In this document: one piece after another, positions 1-8,341 of the stretch | Numbering within the stretch: position 1 is the first letter of the stretch | Layout: the number at the start of each line of letters is the position of its first letter | Origin: Candidatus Aenigmatarchaeota archaeon | GTDB lineage: Archaea > Aenigmatarchaeota > Aenigmatarchaeia > QMZS01 | NCBI GenBank assembly: GCA_023134135.1 | Contig: JAGLVB010000003.1 | Location: 16,630 to 80,629, forward strand | Length of the DNA stretch: 64,000 bases | Direction: 5' to 3' | Notes under the pieces: generated by a model | Database searches by the model: none | Told to the model about the DNA's origin: nothing | The model's input: the letters and a program-made list of their open reading frames with translations, nothing else | Program-made: the position numbers and the translations under genes

Positions 1-383
1 GAAGCGAATTTCCCGTGGTCAAGATGCTTTGAATATACTCCGTCAAAAGCCGGGGTTTCAATTGCTTTTCCAACTCCAAAAATAACCTGAACCAAAAATA
101 AATCCATTGGATTGCTGATAAACAAATAACCTAAATAACCTAAACAATTAAGACCATAACCAATAACAATTAATTTCTCCTGATGCTTTACGCGGTCTTC
201 CCACCTTCCTACAAAAAACATGAGTACTCCTGCGGCAATTGCAAACACCCCATAAGCTGTTCCCGCGGTCATCAAATCACCACCGATTTCCTCAACAAAC
301 ACAGCGTAAATTGGTCCGAACAATCCCCCAGCCAGCATGAACAAACCCGAAGATAAAAGTAGAATTTTTAGTTCTTTTTGCAT
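1..383 (-). CDS. Polytopic membrane transporter, N-terminal part (MFS-like); the gene runs off the window edge
   Basis: Reverse strand from the ATG at 381-383 translates to MQKELKILLLSSGLFMLAGGLFGPIYAVF..., with hydrophobic helices separated by G/P-rich loops. The reading frame is open to position 1. Confidence 0.4.
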   Translation of the reverse strand, partial: MQKELKILLLSSGLFMLAGGLFGPIYAVFVEEIGGDLMTAGTAYGVFAIAAGVLMFFVGRWEDRVKHQEKLIVIGYGLNCLGYLGYLFISNPMDLFLVQVIFGVGKAIETPAFDGVYSKHLDHGKFA

Positions 384-431
384 AATATATCTGCGTATGA
401 AGATATTAACCATTTTTCTAAATGAATTATT

Positions 432-854
432 ATGGAAAAATACAAATTTATTGAAGACCTGACCTCAGATGTTATGTTTGAGTCCTATGGGTTCACGCTT
501 GAGGAATTATTTGAAAACTCAGCAGAAGCTCTTTTTTCGGTTATGTGCGAGATTGATGAAATTGAGGCAAAGGAAAAACTGGTTTTTGAATTTGAAAGCG
601 AAACCATTGAAGACGCGCTTTTTAACTTTCTTTCCACTCTGCTCGCGGAAAGCGAAATAGCCGAACTTTTCCTCTGCAAATTCAAAGTTAAAATCAATGA
701 AGTAAAAGGCGGGTTTGAAGGAAAAGTCACTGCCTTAGGGGAATCATTTACAAAAGAAAAAGGGGGAACTCTTGTGAAAGGGATTACAAATTATAAATTT
801 AAGATTGGGTTGGAAAATGAAAAATATACTGCTACTGTGGTTTGTGATATTTGA
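432..854 (+). CDS. Archease (chaperone/activator of the RtcB tRNA ligase)
   Basis: 140 aa. The N-terminal MFESYGFTLEELFENSAEALF block and the C-terminal ATVVCDI ending match the archease family in length and layout. Confidence 0.8.
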   Translation: MEKYKFIEDLTSDVMFESYGFTLEELFENSAEALFSVMCEIDEIEAKEKLVFEFESETIEDALFNFLSTLLAESEIAELFLCKFKVKINEVKGGFEGKVTALGESFTKEKGGTLVKGITNYKFKIGLENEKYTATVVCDI

Positions 855-1474
855 AATTTAGTCTGAATATGGAGATTCATTATTTATTTTTATTAATCGG
901 ATTAATTGCTGTGCTGGGGGATTTTATTGTGCCTTTTATTATTGGAAAAAAATATCCTAATTGTAGCAACCTAAAAGATACAATAAGTGAATTGGGAACA
1001 AATAAAAGTCCTGTAAAAAAACAATTATCCTGCTGGTTAATTATTCTTGGTCTATTATTTATAATATTCTCAATAGGTCATACCTTCATATTTTCAGTTT
1101 ATTCCTAGAGGCACATATTATACATATTAGGAATAATAATTTTTGGAGTGGGTTGCATTATAGCCGGTATTTTTGCGGAAGACCTAAAAGGATTAAAGGA
1201 AACAAGGTCTGGGAAGATACATGGAATTGGTTCAGGGGTGGGATTTCTGTTTCTAATATTTAATCCATTGTGGATGTTTGGAATTATGGATATTGATAAT
1301 TTTAAAATATTCAATCTTCTATTTTTCATTCTTGGTTTTTTATCGTTTGCAATCTTTGTTATATCAAATTATAAAAAAGGACCTATAATAGGTTTAACCG
1401 GATTATGGCAGAGGATAAATTTAGGTATATTGTATTTACCTTTGATTGTTAATTATTTCGTTTTTGTTGTATGA
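851..1474 (+). pseudogene. Polytopic membrane protein split by one in-frame TAG (851..1108 and 1109/1148..1474 share a frame)
   Basis: Both ORFs are in frame (851 and 1148 are both congruent to 2 mod 3). The only stop between them is the TAG at 1106-1108. The translation reads straight through: ...FSVYS*RHILYILGIIIFGVGCIIAGIF..., and both halves are hydrophobic multi-helix segments. Confidence 0.4.
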
Positions 1475-1659
1475 AAATCAACCTTGGATTATTGTTCACT
1501 GTATTAATAAGTAAAAATTAGTTTTAAGGAAAAGTCACAGCTATTGGGGAATAATCTACAAAAAGGGGGGCTTGAAATCTAAATAATAGAAAAATGATAT
1601 GAACTATTTTAGTTATAACATAACCAATGAATAATTTGATTTTTTATTTTCCCCCAATT

Positions 1660-1850
1660 ATGGCGAAAGAAAACCCCCTTGCTTGCGGGGGGGATGAATT
1701 TCGGCTCACAAATATTCAAAAATAAAACCAATAGATGGAGCCGAAATTCAATTAGTCGGACATATTTTACCATTTAGATAAAGTTTAATAACTGATATTT
1801 TTAAAGAATCTTAGAAGCCTCCCAGCTTGCTGGGGGGTAATTCACTTATT
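1660..1850. other. Cluster of GC-rich stem-loops in otherwise AT-rich intergenic DNA, possibly a structured RNA or regulatory element
   Basis: Three elements are visible. The first is CCCCCTTGCTTGCGGGGGGG at about 1675-1697. The second is a 12-bp stem, GAATTTCGGCTC ... GAGCCGAAATTC, around a roughly 30-nt loop at about 1698-1768. The third is CTCCCAGCTTGCTGGGGGG at about 1819-1840. The first and third share the design C-run, TTGC, G-run, then (A)TGAATT or TAATTCA. Confidence 0.4.
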
Positions 1851-1851
1851 T

Positions 1852-3627
1852 ATGAAACACCATATTGTTGCAATAGGAATATCAAAGCATAAAAATCCAG
1901 GTAATAATCTTGCTTATGCTGATAAAGATGCCTCTGAGTTTTTTACTCTTTTCAAACAAAATATTGGAGATATAGGTTTTAATCGTTTATTAATTGATCA
2001 AGAAGCAACACTTTCTGAAATAAAAACAGCTTTAGGTAAGGAACTCAGGGAAAACGTTAAACCTGAAGATTCCTTTTTCTTTTTTTATTCTGGTCATGGT
2101 GCTTTAATAAACGATCCTAACGACAAAAATACGGCCCTTGGTTTTCTTGTTCCTTATGATGCAACACAAGATATTGCTAGCACCTGCATTTCTATAGAAG
2201 ACCTAAAAATAATATTTGAATCTTTACCCTCAAAATCCAACCTTATATTTATTGATTCTTGTTTCAGTGGTGTAGTAATCAAAAATGGAAAAAGTTATCC
2301 TGTTCCTAACACCAAAAGTTTTAAGAATCTAAAATCATTTACAAATATGGTAATAGGTAATGGTAGTATTACCTTTACCGCCAGCAAAGATGATGAACTT
2401 TCTATAGAAGACCACGAATATAAAAATGGTCTATTCACACATTATGTCCTTAAAGAACTTCAAAAAAATCGTCCAAGTGCAACATATTCTGCCGTTGAAA
2501 TTTTTGGTCCTATCACTGATGGCGTAAGTAAACGTGCAAAAAAATATAAACACACTCAAACACCAACATTCTTGGGAAAACTTGAGGGTGATCTTAAACT
2601 ACCAATATTTAAACAAGGCATTCACCTAAAACCAGATACCATTGAAATTCCTAAAACACCAAAATTACAAAGGGTTATTTTTTCTGTGCCTGACATTGAT
2701 ATTACTAAAAGTGAAAAAGCCACATTATTAAATGATACTATTGATTTTGTAATTAATTCTTCGGAAACTGATTCTTCCACTAGATTAGAACTTAATTTTG
2801 AAAGAATGTGTAACAATTTAACTAGAAAAATTAAATTAAAATGGGAAAAAATATTTAAAGATATTGGAGATAATATAAATAAAATCCCTGAAGCCATCTC
2901 AAAAATGGAAGCTAATAGTTATCAATTTATGATTTTGGGTGCGGCTACAACGGTTTATGGCACTAAAAAACAAATGCAAATTTTTTCCAAATATCTCACA
3001 TCTCTTTTTGATTTAACCCAAGGTAAATCCGGATTAATAGCACTAATTGCGGTTCCAGAGGTCATAATCGTCGAGGCAGTTTATCTTATCGCCACTATCT
3101 GTATCGCAAGAGATACCTATAGACCCCTACAGGATTTATTAGAAACAACCTTTGATGAATCGGAATACCTCAATAATCCTCCAGTAACTTTATTAAATTA
3201 CAATCATTATCATTACACTCGGGCACTCACAGGTAGTTCTAATAAAGTAAACGAGCATGTTCGAGAATATCTTAAAAATCAAGACTGGTTGCCAGAATTT
3301 GCACCTACATTAGAAGAAAAAACAGATAATTACCAACTTCAAGCAAATTTTCTTTTTACCATGCTCACCATACACGCAGGTGGTGATCTATGGCCTGAGT
3401 ATGGAAGATACCCCGCTGGAAAAATACTTCCATTTACAAAAAAACTTACATACAATAAAGAAACAAGGGAACAAATCAGCAAAATAATAGGCGTTAAAGA
3501 AAATGAAATATGTTTATTATTCCAAAAATATCTTGTAGCTGTAAGAAAACGTGGTTTGGGTGGATTATTTTGGGAATCTATTAATGAATTCCATCTAATG
3601 ACCGATAAAGAAAAAAATCAAATATAA
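1852..3627 (+). CDS. Caspase-like peptidase (C14, orthocaspase or CHAT type) with a roughly 340-aa C-terminal domain of unknown function
   Basis: The N-terminal 250 aa carry the caspase His/Cys dyad in context: hydrophobic residues then FFFYSGHG, and LIFIDSCFSG. The C-terminal part has a 25-residue hydrophobic stretch (GLIALIAVPEVIIVEAVYLIATICIA) and no motif I recognise. Confidence 0.65.
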   Translation: MKHHIVAIGISKHKNPGNNLAYADKDASEFFTLFKQNIGDIGFNRLLIDQEATLSEIKTALGKELRENVKPEDSFFFFYSGHGALINDPNDKNTALGFLVPYDATQDIASTCISIEDLKIIFESLPSKSNLIFIDSCFSGVVIKNGKSYPVPNTKSFKNLKSFTNMVIGNGSITFTASKDDELSIEDHEYKNGLFTHYVLKELQKNRPSATYSAVEIFGPITDGVSKRAKKYKHTQTPTFLGKLEGDLKLPIFKQGIHLKPDTIEIPKTPKLQRVIFSVPDIDITKSEKATLLNDTIDFVINSSETDSSTRLELNFERMCNNLTRKIKLKWEKIFKDIGDNINKIPEAISKMEANSYQFMILGAATTVYGTKKQMQIFSKYLTSLFDLTQGKSGLIALIAVPEVIIVEAVYLIATICIARDTYRPLQDLLETTFDESEYLNNPPVTLLNYNHYHYTRALTGSSNKVNEHVREYLKNQDWLPEFAPTLEEKTDNYQLQANFLFTMLTIHAGGDLWPEYGRYPAGKILPFTKKLTYNKETREQISKIIGVKENEICLLFQKYLVAVRKRGLGGLFWESINEFHLMTDKEKNQI

Positions 3628-3692
3628 AACAATAATATTAACAAAATGGCATACTACTTCCATTCACAAACAATTTCACATATCTTGATAGA

Positions 3693-5210
3693 TTAACCCT
3701 CCATCAAATCACTAACATCTTTTTTCTTTTTCTCACTCTTCTCTAAATAAGCAATGCAATCATCTTCAAGACTCCTGCTTGTTTCCATATCCATCACTTC
3801 TTTGTTCCTGACTTTTACAAACAACGGCAATGAACTTGCCTCTCCGACAAGAACCGCTTCCCCAACTTCAAGACTGGTGATGCTCTTCAATAACTCAGTT
3901 GTCAACCCCTCGCTGCTTTCCCCAATATGCTTCAAATCATAGGGGTTTGTTATTCTCAGATACATATGGGTATTGCACTGGGATAAACTTGTTGTTGAAA
4001 GGTGGACAGGTCTCTGGGAAATCAAACACAACAAACCATTAAACTTTCTTCCTTCCCTCGCAATCTTTTCAATAATTCCTTTTGAGAAATTTTCCTTCCC
4101 GCTTCTCTCAGGAGCAAAATTATGAGCCTCTTCAATAAATGCAACAAAAGGAGGAACTTTTCTCATTATTCTCTTGTTAAAAAGTTCTCTCAAAAAATAT
4201 GCAACAATCATCTGTCTCTTCCGGTTATTGGTCATCTCAGACAAATCAACAACTGTCATCTGACCCGGGACAATCATGCTGTAAATTGAAGGGGTGTCAT
4301 AGTACCCAAATAATCTCAGGGAATTTAATGAACTTAGATTTGCAAACAAAACCTCTTTGGTTGCCTGTTTTATATTTTCATTTTCTTCAATCCCCGCAAT
4401 TATTTCTTTTATACCAAACACATCTTCTGTTTTTCTCAGTTCAGCAACAACTTTTATTAAATCCCTCTCCTGCACAAAACTTAAATTTGGAAGAAATAAT
4501 TTATAATAATAGCTTGGAAGATGAGGCAACCCAATTCTTATATCTTTTCCTTTAATCAAATTTGTTTTGTCTGAAAATTTCTTGTCATAAACAAAACCAG
4601 AATATTCCCCGTGCGGATCTATAACAAGAATTCCTGCTTTGCCCTGATCATCCCCCCGATTAAGAAGTTCTTCCATTAAAACGCAGGTTGCATAACTCTT
4701 ACCCGCTCCGGATAAAGCAAGTATTGCGAGGTGTTTCTGGAACACCCTGTTCATATTCAAATTCACTTTAAGATGGTGAGCCTCAATCTCCCCAAGATGC
4801 AAACCTCTTTCATCAAACTTAAAAAGTTTTTTCAGGTTCTCATCCTCTGCCATATAAACAATCTCTCCGGGAGAAACCGGATAATTTGCTCTTTTTATAA
4901 TTTTATCTAAGATTCCAAGACAATAAACCTTGCACAATAAAAATTCCCATTTATCTGTGGGGAAATTGCTGTTAATAGAAGTCTCATAATTTGAAATTGT
5001 CTCGGGCTGCATAAAATATCTGTTTGTCTTGGTAATCTCTTCAATTCTCCCTATAAGCAATCCCTGTTTAACCTTAACCTGAATAAACAAACCCACCTTA
5101 ACCTTAACTTCCTTATCCGCAACAAAATAAAAATTTGAGGTATTTGGGGTTTCTTCCCTACAAACAACGGTTCCGAGCTCCATAATTAAGGTTTTAGAAA
5201 ATTTAAACAA
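3693..5210 (-). CDS. HerA/DUF87-family ATPase (FtsK-HerA superfamily)
   Basis: The N-terminus looks like a HAS barrel. Walker A is ILALSGAGKSY. There is a hydrophobic Walker B near VVDLSE, and an LISQRP motif of the kind found in HerA (ITQRP). Confidence 0.7.
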   Translation of the reverse strand: MFKFSKTLIMELGTVVCREETPNTSNFYFVADKEVKVKVGLFIQVKVKQGLLIGRIEEITKTNRYFMQPETISNYETSINSNFPTDKWEFLLCKVYCLGILDKIIKRANYPVSPGEIVYMAEDENLKKLFKFDERGLHLGEIEAHHLKVNLNMNRVFQKHLAILALSGAGKSYATCVLMEELLNRGDDQGKAGILVIDPHGEYSGFVYDKKFSDKTNLIKGKDIRIGLPHLPSYYYKLFLPNLSFVQERDLIKVVAELRKTEDVFGIKEIIAGIEENENIKQATKEVLFANLSSLNSLRLFGYYDTPSIYSMIVPGQMTVVDLSEMTNNRKRQMIVAYFLRELFNKRIMRKVPPFVAFIEEAHNFAPERSGKENFSKGIIEKIAREGRKFNGLLCLISQRPVHLSTTSLSQCNTHMYLRITNPYDLKHIGESSEGLTTELLKSITSLEVGEAVLVGEASSLPLFVKVRNKEVMDMETSRSLEDDCIAYLEKSEKKKKDVSDLMEG

Positions 5211-5265
5211 AACTGCCTTAATTTTGCAAGAATGGGATATAAATTATTTAATATCTTACTAAATA

Positions 5266-6030
5266 ATGATTACTAATAAACTTGGAATAATACAAAAAGC
5301 TCTGGAAATAAATCCTGAAGTGGCTATTGTTGATTATAAGAATATGGCTTTGATTGTAAATAAACAAAACCCTTATCAGGAACTTATAAATTATACTATT
5401 GCTCCAAAAGAGGGATTATATACAGAAAAAGAATTGCAGGATTTTATGTTAAATTTGGTTCCCAGATTAAAACCAGAAGATAAAAAAGATTTCTTTTCTC
5501 ATGAATTGGTAGAACCTGGGTTTGGAGCCGCTTTAGATGAGGTTTTAATAGCTGCTTTCCATGTGAAAACACCTAAAAAACCCGAAAGACTTTCATATGG
5601 AAATCTGGAGTTTAAAGAGATTGTAGGTGAAATAGATAGAAATAGATTGGATGAAAATTACCCTATAGGAGATCATCTTTACGAAAAAGTTAAAGATGGA
5701 ACTGCACTAAAATTTTTATTAGAAATTGCCGGATATCAGGAAGGTGGAGATAACGCAGAAAAAGCAGAACTTTGGAGAAAAATAGATATAAATGTGTTGC
5801 CAAATCCGCTAATCGCAAAATTAGCCGGTTATAATAGATCAGAGGATTCAAGTTTAGGAAGCGAATCTATATATAATGGATTCATAATAGATGGAAAAGC
5901 TTTGATTGTTCCTAAACTTTTAGGACATCATATAGATACAGAGGATTTAAATAAATATGCCAAAGAATGGGAAATTATATTGAATGAAAATAATCCAGAG
6001 GTCCTCGCTTCATATGGAGTTAAGATATAA
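5266..6030 (+). CDS. Hypothetical protein
   Basis: 254-aa ORF with no motif I recognise. It is divergent from the herA-like gene. Confidence 0.45.
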   Translation: MITNKLGIIQKALEINPEVAIVDYKNMALIVNKQNPYQELINYTIAPKEGLYTEKELQDFMLNLVPRLKPEDKKDFFSHELVEPGFGAALDEVLIAAFHVKTPKKPERLSYGNLEFKEIVGEIDRNRLDENYPIGDHLYEKVKDGTALKFLLEIAGYQEGGDNAEKAELWRKIDINVLPNPLIAKLAGYNRSEDSSLGSESIYNGFIIDGKALIVPKLLGHHIDTEDLNKYAKEWEIILNENNPEVLASYGVKI

Positions 6031-6049
6031 TTTATTATAAGGTAAATAT

Positions 6050-7447
6050 ATGGAAACAGGGATTAATCAAAATTCAGACAAAATCAGGGATGTTCTTATT
6101 ATTGGAGCTGGACCTGCGGGAATGTTCGCAGCAGATAAACTTGCGGGTAAAAAAGATGTTTTGATAATTGATAAAGGCAGAGAAGTTAATGACCGGGTCT
6201 GCAAAATGAACGGCAATATAAATTGCGCTCATTGCGTGCCTTGTAACATAATGTGTGGAGTTGGAGGAGCAGGAACTTTCTCTGACGGAACTTTAAATTT
6301 AAACCCTGAGATTGGAGGAAACCTTGAGGATTTCACAGATAAAAAAGATGCGTGGGATTTAATCAAAGAAACAGATGATATTTTTATCAGGTACGGGTCC
6401 CCAAACACCACGCAGAAATACGATCCTATAAAAATAGAAAATCTGAAAAGAAAAGCTATGGCTTTTGGGGCAAAGTTTATTGAAATAAAACAGAGGCATA
6501 TGGGTTCTGACAATTCCCCGGAAATCATACAAAAATTTAAGGTTGACCTTGAAAAAAGAGGAATTAATTTTATGCTTAATACAGAGGTTGATGATTTGAT
6601 TATAGAAAATAATACATGCGCAGGCGTTACTTTGAAAAATGGCGAACAGATAAAAGCAAAGAAAATATTGCTTGCTCCGGGCAGAATAGGCTCAGAATTT
6701 GTAAATGAACTCGTTGATAAACACAAAATTGATTATTATTACGGAGGAATTGATGTTGGAGTTAGGGTGGAAGTCTCAGCAATAGTCACAAATGCAATAA
6801 CCGAAATAAACAGGGACCCAAAATTCCACATTAACACAAAAACCTATGATGATTTTATAAGAACTTTCTGCACCAATGAAAAAGGTTATGTTGTAAAGGA
6901 AGAATATGATGGTTTTGTGACTGTAAACGGTCATTCCTTAAGAAAAACAAAATCAGAAAACACCAACTTTGCATTTCTTGTTAGCGTTGATTTAACAGAA
7001 CCCCTTGAAAATACAACCAAATACGGGAAATCAATTGCAAAACTTGCAACAACAATCGGCGGGGGGAAACCCTTGGTCCAAAGATTTGGAGATTTAAGAA
7101 GAGGGAGGAGATCAACAGTCAATAAAATAAAAAGAAATTCTGTGAAAAATACTCTTGAAGATGTGACTCCTGGAGATATTTCAATGGCTCTTCCTCACAG
7201 GATAGTAAAGGATATTATTGAGGGTCTTGAAGTCCTGAATAAAATTATCCCTGGAGTGGCTTCTGATTCAACTTTACTTTATGCCCCGGAAGTAAAATTC
7301 TACGCAATAAAACTAAATGTTGACAAAAATATGCGAACCTCGGTTAAAAACCTTTATGCGGCAGGAGATGGGTGTGGTTTGTCAAGAGATATAATAAATG
7401 CTGCTGCAACTGGTATTCTGGCTGGAAGGGGGATTTTAGCGGAATAA
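6050..7447 (+). CDS. FAD-dependent dehydrogenase (COG2509-like)
   Basis: The N-terminal dinucleotide-binding motif is VLIIGAGPAGMFAA. A cysteine cluster CAHCVPCNIMCGVGGAGTFSDG follows, and the C-terminus reads AAGDGCGLSRDIINAAATG. This arrangement is typical of the uncharacterised FAD-dehydrogenase family. Confidence 0.7.
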   Translation: METGINQNSDKIRDVLIIGAGPAGMFAADKLAGKKDVLIIDKGREVNDRVCKMNGNINCAHCVPCNIMCGVGGAGTFSDGTLNLNPEIGGNLEDFTDKKDAWDLIKETDDIFIRYGSPNTTQKYDPIKIENLKRKAMAFGAKFIEIKQRHMGSDNSPEIIQKFKVDLEKRGINFMLNTEVDDLIIENNTCAGVTLKNGEQIKAKKILLAPGRIGSEFVNELVDKHKIDYYYGGIDVGVRVEVSAIVTNAITEINRDPKFHINTKTYDDFIRTFCTNEKGYVVKEEYDGFVTVNGHSLRKTKSENTNFAFLVSVDLTEPLENTTKYGKSIAKLATTIGGGKPLVQRFGDLRRGRRSTVNKIKRNSVKNTLEDVTPGDISMALPHRIVKDIIEGLEVLNKIIPGVASDSTLLYAPEVKFYAIKLNVDKNMRTSVKNLYAAGDGCGLSRDIINAAATGILAGRGILAE

Positions 7448-7483
7448 TTGCTAAACATTTAAAATTTTATTGCTAATTTATAA

Positions 7484-7774
7484 ATGATGGAACTTGACCC
7501 TGTACAGGGAATAAGCATTGCACTTAGCTGCTTTGGTATTGTATATTTAGGCGCAGTAGGGGCTAGTTATTATGCAAGAAAAAAGGAGATTACTCAAAGA
7601 ATGGGGCTTGGAGTTCCGATTAGAAAATATGATTATTCTGCAAGAGACAAAATCGAAGATACTCTTTTTATAGGACCTTATCTAGCTGAAAGTCAATTCA
7701 AAAATGGAAAATTTGATGGTAAATTCCTAGATATTGATGAAGAAACTTTAACCCATTATAAACAAAGTTTATAA
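7484..7774 (+). CDS. Small hypothetical protein with one predicted transmembrane helix
   Basis: 96 aa, with a hydrophobic segment ISIALSCFGIVYLGAVGASYY. Confidence 0.35.
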   Translation: MMELDPVQGISIALSCFGIVYLGAVGASYYARKKEITQRMGLGVPIRKYDYSARDKIEDTLFIGPYLAESQFKNGKFDGKFLDIDEETLTHYKQSL

Positions 7775-7792
7775 TTTTGAACAAGCTAAATT

Positions 7793-8338
7793 ATGAAATA
7801 TCTGATTATTGGAGACCTCCATCTATCTGAACCAAATAAAATCCCGGAAGTTATAATCAATTTAGCAAAAAAAATGGATGGAATTATCTGCACGGGAGAT
7901 TTAACCTCAAAAATTGTTCTCGAAAAATTGAAAAAAATGAACAAAACATTCTTTTTGCGAAGCAAAAAGATGCACCGTCGAATGACGCGTGATTTAATTG
8001 TGGTAAAAGGCAACTGCGACACACTTGTTTCTGAACTTATTGATTTACCTGAATACTTGGAATTTGAAGTTGAAAACAAAAAAATCGGGGTGATTCATTC
8101 ACATCAATTTGGAAGAGGGAATCTTGAAAAAATCAAAGAATTCGCAAACTCAAAAAAATTGGATGTTATAATTTTCGGTCACACCCACCAACCACTTATA
8201 GAAAAAAGAGGAAATTTGTTTTTAATAAATCCCGGAACACTTACAGGCGCAATCTCAGGCAAAGGAATCCAAACAGAAAAAACTTACGCGATTCTTGAAA
8301 TAGGGAAAGATATTAATGCTAAAATAAATAGATTATAA
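7793..8338 (+). CDS. Metallophosphoesterase (YfcE / MJ0936-like phosphodiesterase)
   Basis: The calcineurin-like motifs IIGDLH, CTGDL, GNCD, GHTH and NPG appear in the expected order. Confidence 0.75.
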   Translation: MKYLIIGDLHLSEPNKIPEVIINLAKKMDGIICTGDLTSKIVLEKLKKMNKTFFLRSKKMHRRMTRDLIVVKGNCDTLVSELIDLPEYLEFEVENKKIGVIHSHQFGRGNLEKIKEFANSKKLDVIIFGHTHQPLIEKRGNLFLINPGTLTGAISGKGIQTEKTYAILEIGKDINAKINRL

Positions 8339-8341
8339 ATT

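Noticed and set aside
469-730. Overlapping or antisense ORFs in the six-frame track
   Set aside because: These lie inside or antisense to strongly supported genes, have low-complexity S/L/F-rich translations typical of AT-rich off-frames, and have no motifs. The same applies to 2622-2897, 6229-6726, 8425-8778, 11133-11771, 16693-17016, 18790-19233, 24778-25239, 40424-40774, 51527-52255 and 56406-56897.
851-1474. Pyrrolysine decoding of the in-frame TAG
   Set aside because: No pyl genes are visible, and TAG is used as a genuine terminator (dph2). A pseudogene or sequencing error is more parsimonious. I kept it as a check item only.
1600-1850. Possible tRNA gene (GC-rich stems)
   Set aside because: No cloverleaf can be drawn: there is no GTTCRAnYC T-loop box, and the stems are 5-12 bp hairpins with unrelated loops. 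I also scanned 44120-44283 and 45312-45474 (GGTTATAGCC palindrome) for tRNA-like structure with the same negative result.
1852-5210. Caspase-like gene and herA as one operon
   Set aside because: They are convergent (+ and - strands, sharing only a 3' intergenic region), so co-transcription is not possible. Any functional link must be indirect, which is stated in the finding.
3693-6030. 5266-6030 as the NurA partner of HerA
   Set aside because: It is divergent rather than co-directional, only 254 aa, and lacks the NurA RNase-H-like acidic motifs I know.
7970-8010. Small GC-rich island (GCACCGTCGAATGACGCGTG) inside the metallophosphoesterase gene as a possible inserted element
   Set aside because: The reading frame stays intact and only about 25 nt are involved. 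This is probably local codon usage for an Arg/Thr-rich loop.
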